64,000 nucleotides of DNA from Nannocystis bainbridge. GTDB taxonomy: Bacteria > Myxococcota_A > Polyangia > Nannocystales > Nannocystaceae. The translations under genes and the position numbers were made by a program. The notes beneath the pieces were generated by a model. The model ran no database searches. It was not told the DNA's origin and saw only the letters and a program-made list of their open reading frames with translations. The stretch spans positions 2,688,001 to 2,752,000 of the forward strand of contig NZ_JAQNDL010000001.1 of assembly GCF_028368995.1 (NCBI RefSeq), read 5' to 3'. Within the stretch, counting starts at the first letter, position 1. The number at the start of each line of letters is the position of its first letter. Positions 37,469 through 47,291 of the stretch are shown in pieces.

Positions 37469-38044
37469 ATGCCCCGCCTCCTCGTCGTCCCGCGCTGGGC
37501 CGGGACCCCGCGCTCCGACTTCTACCCGTGGCTCGTCGAGGCCCTCGCGTCCGCGCCCGGGCGACCGCTCGACCCCGTGATCGTCGCCGACCTGCCGAAC
37601 CCCGGCAGCCCGCGCCTCGACACCTGGCCGCCGGCGATCGCCGGGCTGCTCGGCGACGACCCGGCTGTCCTTCGGGACACCTTCGTCCTCGGCCACAGCG
37701 TCGGCTGCCAGGCCGCCCTGCACGCCCTCGCCGCCCTGCCGGCCGGGTCGCAGATCGCCGGCATGCTCGCGGTCGCCGGCTGGTGGACCGTCGACGAGCC
37801 GTGGCCGGCGATCCGCCCCTGGCAGAACAACCTCCCCGAGCTCGAGCGCGTGCGCGCGGCGGTGCCGAGGTTGACCGTCCTCCTGTCCGACAACGACGGC
37901 TTCACCCGCGACCACGCGAGCAACGCCGCGCTGTGGCGCGAGCGCCTCGGCGCGCAGATCGAGCTCGCCCCGGGCGCCCGCCACTTTAATTCCATCGAGG
38001 CGCCGCCCGTGCTCGCCGCCCTGCTGCGCCTCGTGGCCGCCTGA
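37469..38044 (+). CDS. RBBP9/YdeN-family alpha/beta hydrolase
   Basis: GHSVG nucleophile elbow, LSDND, GARHF. Confidence 0.85.
   Translation: MPRLLVVPRWAGTPRSDFYPWLVEALASAPGRPLDPVIVADLPNPGSPRLDTWPPAIAGLLGDDPAVLRDTFVLGHSVGCQAALHALAALPAGSQIAGMLAVAGWWTVDEPWPAIRPWQNNLPELERVRAAVPRLTVLLSDNDGFTRDHASNAALWRERLGAQIELAPGARHFNSIEAPPVLAALLRLVAA
37666..37679. repeat. Perfect single TGTCC-N4-GGACA site in CDS
   Basis: TGTCCTTCGGGACA. Confidence 0.7.
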
Positions 38045-38058
38045 TTCTTTTTAAGAAT

Positions 38059-38225
38059 GACGCCTCATGAGACATGCCTCATAGGACATGTCCTTTGGTA
38101 CACACGAATCATGCGCCTTGTCGCTCACCGACGCGCCTGCTGCTACCCGTGGCCACGACCCCCCTACGCGGCCGGGGCACGGATCTGCGCGGCGCTCCGC
38201 CGTCCATGTCCCTTCGGACATGTCA
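38059..38225. repeat. Two intergenic 14-bp-period arrays
   Basis: GACG 38059, CATG 38073, CATG 38087, CACA 38101; CATG 38205, CATG 38219 (TGTCCCTTCGGACA). Confidence 0.85.
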
Positions 38226-38284
38226 TTCTCGTACGGGGGCGCCGGAGCTTGACGCGCCGGTCGGCCTCGCGGGATACCCGGCCC

Positions 38285-39844
38285 ATGGCTTCTCCCCGCC
38301 TTGTTCCCCTGCTCCTGGTCGTCGCGGCCGCCTGCGGTGACGACGGCACGGCCAGCGCCGGCGCCTCCGACTCCGACTCCGGCGCCACCACGACCGGCAC
38401 GCCCACCGGCACCACCGGCCCTGGCGCCACCGACACCGTGGTCCCGACCACCGGGGACGCCGGCTCGGACAGCGCCTCCGACAGCGAGACCGGTGCTTCG
38501 ACCACCACCGGCACCAGCGAAGCCACGGCCGTCAGCGCCTCCGAGGCGAGCGCGACCGAGACCACCGCGAGCACCGTCACCGACGGCACCACCGACACCA
38601 CCGACACCACCACCAGCACCACCGACATCGACACCACCGGCTGCGTCGACGCCTGCGAGGACGGCGTCACCCAGTGCGTCGGCGACGGCGCCGTGCACAC
38701 CTGCAGCCTCGCTCGCGGCGGCTGCCTGGAGTGGTCCGATCCCCAGCCGTGCGCCGCCGACGAGACCTGTCAGGACGGCGCCTGCGTGACCGGCTGCGTC
38801 GACGCTTGCGACGCGGGAGCCAGCCAGTGCAGCGGCGGCGGCATCAGCGAGTGCGTCGACGACCCGGACACCGGGTGCACCGTGTGGAGCGACGCGGCCG
38901 CCTGCGGCCCCGGCCAGGTGTGCCAGCAGGGCGCGTGCGTCATGCCGGCCCCGGCCTGCCTCGACGACTGCGTCTTCACCAAGCAGAGCGTGCCCGGAGC
39001 CGTCGATTTTTACAGCGTGTGGGGCAGCGACGCCAAGGACGTGTGGGTCGTCGGCGCCAGCGGCACCGCCCTGCACCACAACGGCGTCAATTGGAAATCG
39101 ATCGACAGCGGCGTCGGCAAGCGGCTCGAGTGCGTGCACGGCAGCGCCGCTCATGACGTGTACGCGATCGCGGCCGACGGCGCGATCATCCGCTGGGACG
39201 GCCTCGAGTGGCTGCCCTACGCCGACCTCAACCCGATCTGGGAGTCCTCCGCCTGCCTTTCGGTGCTCGGCGAGGAGGACCTGCTCGCCCTCGTCTACGA
39301 CGAGAACGGCGAGAAGCAGGTGCTCTATCGCGTCACCGGCGGGGTCAAGACCCAGCTCGCCGTCTACACCCCGCAGGCCGTCTACACCCCCGACGGCAGC
39401 AAGGCGCGCACGATCTCGATCCACGCCTTCTCGGCCGACGACGCCTACATCACGGCCGATCGGGCCCTGCGCTGGAACGGCGCCGCCATCACCAACATGG
39501 CCTCGCCCAACCCCTCGTTCGGCCTGTGGGTCCTGAGCCCGCAGCTCGCCTACGCCGCCGCCCCGCACAGCGGCATCGGCCACCGCTGGGACGGCCAGGC
39601 GTGGAAGATCGTCAACCCCGGCCACAGCGGCTACCTCCACATGTTCACCGGCACCGCCGCCGCGCGCGTGTTCGCCGTCGGCGAGACGCTCACCGGCGTG
39701 GCCGCGGTCGTCGCCTTCGACGGCATCGGCTGGGGCCCCGTCGCCACCCCTGCCGACGCCAAGGCGCTGTTCGCTGCATGGTCCGCGCCGACCGGCGAGG
39801 TGTTCGCCGCGGGCAAGGCCGGCACCGTGCTGATCGGCCAATGA
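38285..39844 (+). CDS. Lipoprotein with Thr-rich linker, Cys-rich repeats and beta-propeller-like C-terminus
   Basis: VAAACGDD lipobox; CVDAC repeats; SVWGSDAKDVWVVGASG..LHHNG..W / RWDG..W repeats. Confidence 0.8.
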   Translation: MASPRLVPLLLVVAAACGDDGTASAGASDSDSGATTTGTPTGTTGPGATDTVVPTTGDAGSDSASDSETGASTTTGTSEATAVSASEASATETTASTVTDGTTDTTDTTTSTTDIDTTGCVDACEDGVTQCVGDGAVHTCSLARGGCLEWSDPQPCAADETCQDGACVTGCVDACDAGASQCSGGGISECVDDPDTGCTVWSDAAACGPGQVCQQGACVMPAPACLDDCVFTKQSVPGAVDFYSVWGSDAKDVWVVGASGTALHHNGVNWKSIDSGVGKRLECVHGSAAHDVYAIAADGAIIRWDGLEWLPYADLNPIWESSACLSVLGEEDLLALVYDENGEKQVLYRVTGGVKTQLAVYTPQAVYTPDGSKARTISIHAFSADDAYITADRALRWNGAAITNMASPNPSFGLWVLSPQLAYAAAPHSGIGHRWDGQAWKIVNPGHSGYLHMFTGTAAARVFAVGETLTGVAAVVAFDGIGWGPVATPADAKALFAAWSAPTGEVFAAGKAGTVLIGQ

Positions 39845-40803
39845 TTCCCTCGCCGTCCATCGCCTGTCGCATGATTCGCCCACCCATCATGGCACCGCGC
39901 GCCTCCTGCCTCGCACCTCGGCGTTCGTCCCCGATCGTCGGCGTCCTGCTCGCGGCCGTCCTGTTGCACATCCTCGCCCCGCGCCCCGCGGCGGCCTGCA
40001 GCAAGCGCCATCAGACCCCGTTCGAGCTGTTCGACCAGGCCGCGCGGGTCGCCGAGGTTCGCGTCGAGCAGACCCCCGGGCCGCGTCAGGCCGGCATGGC
40101 CCGGCTCCGCGTGCTGCGGACCCTCAAGGGCTCGCCGCGCGCCACCCTCGAGGCCGAGGAGACCAACACCAGCTGCCGGATCGGCTACCGCGCCGGCCGC
40201 CGCGCCCTCGTGTTCCTCGGCCCGCGCGGCCAGTCGTTCGGCCTCTACGAGGGTTATCTCGAGGCTCGCGCCGACTCCCCGCAGCTCCGCGCGCTGCGGG
40301 CCTACGCCGCCGCCAACGACCCCGCGGCCCGCGTGCGCGTCCTCGTCGACGCCATCGCCGAGGGCCCCCAGGACCTGCGAGACGAGGCCGCCCTCTACCT
40401 CGCCGATCGCCCCGAGCTGCTGGCCCACCTCGACCTGCCTGCGCGCGCGCGCCTGCTCGCCGCCGCCGACGCGCGTGACCAGCCGCTGTACCTCGTGCTC
40501 GCGCGGCTCGAGCTCGAGGTCCCGCAGCCGCCGCCGAGCCACGGCCGTAATTACTTCGCCGAGCTCGCCGCTCTCGTGCGCCCGCGCGACGAGCTCGACG
40601 ACCTCGGCGCCGCCGCCCTCGCCGACCAGATCGACCTCGGCAACGACGGCTACGACCCGCGGCGGATCCGCGCCATGGACCGCTGCGAGCGGCTCCACGG
40701 GCGCACGCTCCACCCGCTCACCTGGTACGGCCACGGCGTCGCCAGCCACTTCTGGCCCAAGCTCGCCGCCGCCTGCCGCACCGGCGAGCCGGTCACTTTC
40801 TAA
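39841..40803 (+). CDS. Hypothetical exported protein, possible TIMP/NTR-like N-terminal domain plus helical region
   Basis: ATGA overlap with upstream stop; signal ...PAAA|CSK; RVLRTLKG...TNTSCRIGYRAGRRALVF; start could be 39889. Confidence 0.6.
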   Translation: MIPSPSIACRMIRPPIMAPRASCLAPRRSSPIVGVLLAAVLLHILAPRPAAACSKRHQTPFELFDQAARVAEVRVEQTPGPRQAGMARLRVLRTLKGSPRATLEAEETNTSCRIGYRAGRRALVFLGPRGQSFGLYEGYLEARADSPQLRALRAYAAANDPAARVRVLVDAIAEGPQDLRDEAALYLADRPELLAHLDLPARARLLAAADARDQPLYLVLARLELEVPQPPPSHGRNYFAELAALVRPRDELDDLGAAALADQIDLGNDGYDPRRIRAMDRCERLHGRTLHPLTWYGHGVASHFWPKLAAACRTGEPVTF

Positions 40804-40808
40804 AAGAA

Positions 40809-40854
40809 GAAGTCCTTCGGGACATGCCCTTTCGCGCATGTCCCGAAGTACGCA
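40809..40854. repeat. 14-bp-period array forming a 13-bp perfect inverted repeat between convergent genes
   Basis: CTTCGGGACATGC ... GCATGTCCCGAAG; nodes GAAG 40809, CATG 40823, CATG 40837. Confidence 0.85.
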
Positions 40855-40856
40855 AA

Positions 40857-41549
40857 TTATTCGGCAGGGCCCATGTCCTCGACGCCGCCCGGGTACACGA
40901 ACGAGTCGCGCGGCGAGTAGAAGCTCGCCGCCGGCAGCACCTGCAGCGGCGACGCCGGGCGCAGCGCGTAGACCGGGTGGGTCTTGTCGAGGAACTCGAT
41001 CGACTGGACCACGAACTCGTCGACCAGCTCGCCGATGTACGGGTAGTTGCCGCCGACCAGGCGGTCGCCGATGCGAGTGACGTACTTGAGGTGCCCGGCC
41101 ACCGTCGTGCCGATCTTCTTGCTGACCTTGGCCCGCGTGCGGATCAGCGGCTTGCCGGCGATCGAAGTCGTGGCCGTCAGCGTGTGCGCGTGCAGCTCGA
41201 GCTCGGTGCTGCCCGGGCTGGCCGGCACCCCGCGCTCGCTGACGTAGGCGCGCACGATCGACGACGAGTTGAAGTAATGGGTGAAGAACCGGGCCGGCGT
41301 GACCCCGTCGGGCGCGAACGAGTCGAGGTCGAGCCCGAGGTAGGTCAGCGTGTAAGCGCCGAAGTTGACCGACTGCTCGGCCGAATCGACGACGTATTGA
41401 TTCATGTACACGGCGCCGTTCGGGGCGGGACGCAGGGCGGGCGGCAAGAGGTCGCGGCACGCACCAGGATCGGCGGGGATCCAGCTGGTATAGAGCATCC
41501 GGCTGTTGACGACGAGCTGCGGCGCGGCGAGCTTCGGGAGTTCGGACAT
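40857..41549 (-). CDS. Acetoacetate-decarboxylase-like family protein
   Basis: DLLPPAL, FGAYTLTYLG, ERGVP pattern and size fit the ADC-like fold; weak call. Confidence 0.55.
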   Translation of the reverse strand: MSELPKLAAPQLVVNSRMLYTSWIPADPGACRDLLPPALRPAPNGAVYMNQYVVDSAEQSVNFGAYTLTYLGLDLDSFAPDGVTPARFFTHYFNSSSIVRAYVSERGVPASPGSTELELHAHTLTATTSIAGKPLIRTRAKVSKKIGTTVAGHLKYVTRIGDRLVGGNYPYIGELVDEFVVQSIEFLDKTHPVYALRPASPLQVLPAASFYSPRDSFVYPGGVEDMGPAE

Positions 41550-41768
41550 GGTGGCCCTCTCTGCTCGCGCTAAACCACAATCCGCGAGCATCGCCAGCTT
41601 AGGCAGTCGGCGCCGCGGTGAAAAGTGCCGCCGCCGCGCGCGGCCCCGCCCGCGCGGGACGACAGGCCACGGTCATGGCATTGGCCCGGGCGCGGAACGG
41701 CGGTCACGCGCCGTTCATGAGCCCAGGACGCCAATTTGACGGACTGCGGTCCGAAGACCGCAATCGCC

Positions 41769-42788
41769 TCACTCGCCCGCGGCGGCCAGCGCTTCGACGG
41801 CGCGGCGCGTGTACACGCGGATCATGTCGCGGCGATAGGCCGCCTCGTAGGGCACGTTCTCGAGCGGCTTGCACTGCGCGTAGGCGGCGTCGGCGACCAT
41901 GCGCGCCACGGCCGGGTCGGCGAGCTTCTTGCCGGCGACGTCGTCGAGCTTGCTGAGCGTGCGCGGCTTGGAGCCGAGCACCCCGACGACCACCTTGACC
42001 GCGGCGACGGTCGCCTCGTCCTCGCCGAGGTCGAAGCGCACGGCCACGCTGACCAGCGGGAAGTCGATGCTCTTGCGCACCGACCACTTGATGTACTGCG
42101 ACCGCCGCGGACCCTTCGGCAGCGGCACGCGCAGCTCGGTCGTCACCTCGCCCGGCTTGGCGTTGGTGTGGGCCAGACCGTCGGCCTTGTAAAATTCCTC
42201 GATCGGCAGCGCGCGCACGCCCTCGGGGCCCGCCTGCACGATCGTCGCGTCGAGCGAGATGAGCACCGGCACGTTGTCCGAGCTCATCGCCGCCACGCAG
42301 TTGCGGCCGCCGGGGACCACGTGACACACGTTGCCCTCCGACTTGAGGCAGCCGCCGCCGAGCGCCTCGCGCCAGAAGTGGGTCTGGTTGACGTAGCGGC
42401 AGCGGGTGTCGAGGTTGACGTTGCCGCCGATGGTCCCCATGTTGCGGATCGGCGGGCTCGCCACCGCACCTGCGCTTTGGGACAGGCTGGGGAAGCGCCG
42501 CTGGACCTCGGGGTGCTCGCTCAATTGTGACAGCGTCACCCCGCTGCCGATGCGCAGCACGCCCGCGGCCTCGTCGAGCACGAGCCCGCGCAGGGCCGTC
42601 ACGCGCGACAGGCTCACCAGCACCGGCGGCAGCTCGGCGGGGTGCGCCGGCGTGCCGAGGTGGTGCTTGAGGTTGGGCAGGATGTCGGTGCCGCCGGCGA
42701 TGACGCGCGCGCCGGGCCGCTGCAGCGCGGTCACGACTTCGGCGACGCTCTCGGGGGCGACGACCTCGAATTGCGGCAGGCGCAGCAT
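41769..42788 (-). CDS. hcrB: 4-hydroxybenzoyl-CoA reductase beta-like FAD subunit with [4Fe-4S] insert
   Basis: IAGGTDILPNLK, IRNMGTIGGN, insert DTRCRYVNQTHFWR...CLK...CHVV...C (4 Cys), DFPL. Confidence 0.75.
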   Translation of the reverse strand: MLRLPQFEVVAPESVAEVVTALQRPGARVIAGGTDILPNLKHHLGTPAHPAELPPVLVSLSRVTALRGLVLDEAAGVLRIGSGVTLSQLSEHPEVQRRFPSLSQSAGAVASPPIRNMGTIGGNVNLDTRCRYVNQTHFWREALGGGCLKSEGNVCHVVPGGRNCVAAMSSDNVPVLISLDATIVQAGPEGVRALPIEEFYKADGLAHTNAKPGEVTTELRVPLPKGPRRSQYIKWSVRKSIDFPLVSVAVRFDLGEDEATVAAVKVVVGVLGSKPRTLSKLDDVAGKKLADPAVARMVADAAYAQCKPLENVPYEAAYRRDMIRVYTRRAVEALAAAGE

Positions 42789-45227
42789 CAGGCGCTCCTC
42801 CGGGAGTTCAGATCCGCGGGCTTGTGCGGGGCGACCTGGCCGGCCCGCTCCTTCTCCTCGCGCTCGCGCAGCGCCGCGAGCACGGCCTGCGGCGTGAACG
42901 GCAGGCGGTCGAGGCGGACGCCGACGGCGTCGTAGATCGCGTTGGCGATCGCCGGGATGCTCGAGTGCAGCGGGCCCTCGCCGGCCTCCTTGGCGCCGTA
43001 GGGCCCGTTGGCGTCGGGCGCCTCGACGATCATCGCCTCGAGCTCGGGCGTGTCGAGGAAGGTCGGCATGCGGTAGTCGAGCAGGCTGGGGCCGATGTGC
43101 ACGCCGCGGTGGCCCGGGTCGACCGCGTGGCGCTCCATCAACGCCTCGCCGAAGCCCATGTACGTCGAGCCTTCGATCTGGCCCTCGACGATCTTGCGCG
43201 ACAGCGCCTTGCCGCAGTCGTGGGCGATCCAGATCGTCTTGACCTCGACGAGCCCGGTCTCGCGGTCGACCTCGACCTCGGCCACGTGGGCGGTGAACGA
43301 GTACGCCGGCGAGGCGCCGATCGTGCCGCCGCGGTACTCGCCGTGGCGGTCCTTCGGGGTGTTGTAGCTGCCGGTCTCACCGAGCAGGCCGTGGTCGGCC
43401 TCGGCCCACTGGAACGCCTGCGCGCTGTCGACGTGGCGCGACGGGTCCTCGCGGTCGATCGCCATGCGCCCGGCCAGGGTGACGCGCTGACGCGGGACGC
43501 CCCAGCGCTTGGCCACGCTGGAGCACACCTTGCGGCGCAGCCGCTGCGCGCCGTCGAGGCAGGCGTTGCCGACCATCAGGGTGATGCGCGACGAGTAGGC
43601 CCCGAGGTCGACCGGGCACAGGTCGGTGTCGGCCGACAGCACGCGGATGTCCTCGAGCGGGATCCCGAGCTCCTCCGACACGATCACCGCCAGCATCGTG
43701 TTGCTGCCCTGACCGATGTCGTTGGCGCCGCTGAACACCCGCGCCCGGCCGCTGCGGTCGAGGCAGATCTGGACCGCCGCCTGCGGCATCTCGTTGGGGT
43801 AGATCGGGTAGTTGGTGCCGCTGATGTAGGTCGAGCCGGCGATGCCGATCCCGCGGCCGTGAGGCAGCCCGCGCCGCTTCTCGACCCACCCCGACGAGCG
43901 CTCGACCTTCTCGAGGCACTCGAGGAAGCCCGACGAGCCGACGGTGAACTCGTTGACGGTCTTCTCGCCGGCCTTGATCGCGTTGCGGCGGCGCAGCTCG
44001 ATCGGGTCGAGGCCCAGGGCCGTCGCCGCCTTGTCGAGCTGGATCTCCATCGCGAACCGCGGCTGCACCGAGCCGTGGCCGCGCTTCGGTCCGCACGCCG
44101 GCTTGTTGGTGTAGGCGCGCGTGCTGTCGAACCGGTAGGCCGGGAACACGTACGGCGCGCACATCAACTGGCCCGAATAATACGTGGTGACCAGGCCGAA
44201 GCTCGAGTAGGCGCCGCCGTCGAGCAGCGTGCGCGCGTCGACGCCGAGCAGGCCGCCGTCCCTGGTGAAGCCCGTGCGGTGCTTCATCTTCATCGGGTGG
44301 CGGCCGCGGTGGGCGTAGAACACCTCTTCGCGGGTGTACAGCAGCTTGACCGGCCGACCTGTCTTCATGGCCAGCTTGGCGACCACGAACTCGAGGTCGA
44401 ACGGCTCGCTCTTGCCGCCGAAGGCCCCGCCGAGCGGCGGCTGGATCACGCGGATCTTGTGCGCCGGCAGCTCGAGCACCTTGGCCAGCTCGCGGTGCAG
44501 GTAGTGCGACACCTGCGTCGCCGACCACACGGTCAGGATCCCGCCGCCGTCGACGTGGGCGAGCGCGCAGTGAGGCTCGATCGCGCCGTGGGTGGTGCCC
44601 TCGAAGAAATACTCGCTCTCGATCACCAGGTCGGCGCGGGCCAGCTCGGCGTCGATGTCGCCGAACTCGAGCAGCACGTGCTTCGACACGTTGCCCTTGC
44701 GCGCGTACGGGTTGATCGTGCCCTCGCGGTCGCGGACCTTGAGCGCCTCTTCGGGGTCGAAGTACGGCTTCAGGACGTCGTACTCGACCTTGATCGCGCG
44801 CAGGGCCGCGTTGGCGGTGTCCTCGTCGACGGCCGCGATCGCGGCCAGGCCGTCGCCGACGTGGCACACCTTGTCGACCGCGAGCGCGTTCTCGTCGGGC
44901 GTCCACGGGATGATGCCGTAGGGGATCTTGAAGTCCTGGCCGGTGACGACCGCGAACACCCCGGGCATGGCCAGCGCGGCCGAGCTGTCGATCGACTTGA
45001 TGCGCGCGTGCGCGTGCGGGCTGCGCAAGATCTTGGCGTGCAGCATGCCCGGCAGCTTGAGGTCGTCGGTGTAGCGGGTGACGCCCCGCATGCGCTCCAT
45101 CGCGTCGACCTTGCGGTGCGACTTGCCGAGCTGCCACGCGATCCGGTCGCGCTCGGCCTGCTCGCTGGCCGCGTCGCCCGCGTCGCCCGTGTCGATGCCG
45201 ACGTCCGTCGCCTCGCGCTCCCCGTCG

Positions 45228-45238
<11 letters not shown>
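42788..45238 (-). CDS. hcrA: Xanthine-oxidase-family molybdopterin subunit, 4-hydroxybenzoyl-CoA reductase alpha-like
   Basis: LRSPHAHARI, GGAFGGK, RGHG, CLEKVERSSGW...LPHGRGIG, DIGQGSNTM, GAYSSR, GPYGAKEAGE. Confidence 0.75.
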
Positions 45239-45743
<505 letters not shown>

Positions 45744-45935
45744 GCTTCGACTTTTGCCCGACCCCCCCGGGCCGCGCAAGCGCGCCCCCGGCTCCAGACC
45801 GTGCGTAACCTCGCCGCAGCGCCCGCTGGGCCCGGTCCGCCGCGAAGCCCGAGTGCGCGCCGCGCCGCACGCTGCCCGTCACGCCCGCCGCGAGCCCGCC
45901 GGCGCGAGCGGTCCGCGTGATATGCTCGCGCGTCC

Positions 45936-47240
45936 ATGACGGCTGCGCAGGCTCGCGGATCTCGCCGGCACGGCCGTCGCGGCAAGGCAGGGCCGAGCAC
46001 GCTCCGCCCGGTCCTCGCGGTCCTCATGACGACGCTGGCCGCCTGCGCGATCGAGCGCGGCAAGCCGTGGGGGCCGCCGGTGGTGCCCGCGGTGCCGGCT
46101 GTCCCGGAGGTCAGCCTGGTCCTGCTCGGCGACGTGGGCGCGCGCGGCGGGGCGGGCCAGGCGACGGCGGTCGAGCTGCAGCGCGTGCTGGCCGAACACA
46201 AGCGGCGCGGCCGACCCGCGGTGGTGCTCTGGCTCGGCGACAACATCGGCCCGGTCGGCCCCGGCGACCTCGGCCGCTGCACCCCGGTGTCCGCCGCGTG
46301 GCAACAGAAGGGCCCGGCCGCGCTGGCGCGGGTGGTCCGCGACCACGTCGCCGCCGGCGGCGCGGTGCTGGCCGCGCTCGGCGAGCAGGACTGGCGCTGC
46401 GGCCAGCCCGAGCTCGAGCTGCAGTCCGAGCCCGACAAGGGCCCGCACCCGTGGGCCATGCCGGGCCACAACTACGCGTTCGCCGTCTATCCCGACGGAC
46501 ATGTCCGTGTGACCATGTCCTGTGCGACAGGTCTTTGCGCACCGGGCCCCAAGGACATGTCCCCCGAGACATCTCCGCTGGTCGAGCTGGTGGTGGTCGA
46601 CAGCGCCGCCTGGCTGGCGCCGCCGCCCGTCGCCACCCCGGCGGCCGCGCGCGCCGACCAGAGCCTGGCCGAGCAGGAGGCGCTGCTGGCCGCGCTGACG
46701 GCTTCACCGACCGCGTGGCCGCGCCTGCTCGTCAGCCACCACCCGCTCGAGAGCGCCGGCCCGCACGGCGTCGGCGGGATGTACAGCGACAGCGGCTTCT
46801 ACCTCCACGCCGCGCCGGTGCGCCGGGCCGTCGACGCCGGGCTGTTCGCCGGGGCGCTGTCGGCCCACGACCGCATGCTGCTGGCGACCGCCGACATCGG
46901 CGCGGCGACCAAGCGCTCGAGCCGCTACTGGCTCAAGCACCCGGTGTTCCAGGTCGTGTCGGGCTCGGCCTCGGCCCCCGACAGCCGCGCCGGGGCCCGC
47001 GGCGCCTGGTACTTCCAGAGCACGACGCTGCGGGCCGAAATGCAGACCCAGCGCCCCGGCTTCGCCGAGCTCTACGTGCGCGAGGACAGCGTGACCGCGG
47101 TGCTCCGCCGCCGCCGCGCCGGCCGCTGGGGCGCAGGCACGCTGACGATCCCGCTCGGACGCCCGCCCCACCCGGCCGAGACGCCGTCGCCGGTGATGGA
47201 CCCCTGCCTGTACTGCGACCCGGTCCCGCCGCGCCAGTGA
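45936..47240 (+). CDS. Calcineurin-like metallophosphoesterase-fold lipoprotein with altered metal ligands
   Basis: LLGDVG, WLGDNI, ALGEQDW (for GNHD), VSHHP, LSAHDR (for GHDH), QVVSGS. Confidence 0.65.
   Translation: MTAAQARGSRRHGRRGKAGPSTLRPVLAVLMTTLAACAIERGKPWGPPVVPAVPAVPEVSLVLLGDVGARGGAGQATAVELQRVLAEHKRRGRPAVVLWLGDNIGPVGPGDLGRCTPVSAAWQQKGPAALARVVRDHVAAGGAVLAALGEQDWRCGQPELELQSEPDKGPHPWAMPGHNYAFAVYPDGHVRVTMSCATGLCAPGPKDMSPETSPLVELVVVDSAAWLAPPPVATPAAARADQSLAEQEALLAALTASPTAWPRLLVSHHPLESAGPHGVGGMYSDSGFYLHAAPVRRAVDAGLFAGALSAHDRMLLATADIGAATKRSSRYWLKHPVFQVVSGSASAPDSRAGARGAWYFQSTTLRAEMQTQRPGFAELYVREDSVTAVLRRRRAGRWGAGTLTIPLGRPPHPAETPSPVMDPCLYCDPVPPRQ
46497..46576. repeat. Six-node 14-bp-period array inside CDS
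   Basis: CATG 46500, CATG 46514, CAGG 46528, CCGG 46542, CATG 46556, CATC 46570. Confidence 0.88.
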
Positions 47241-47291
47241 GGCTGTCCCGGCCTCACGTGGGCGCAGCGAGCACCTGTCCCGAGCGCCAGC

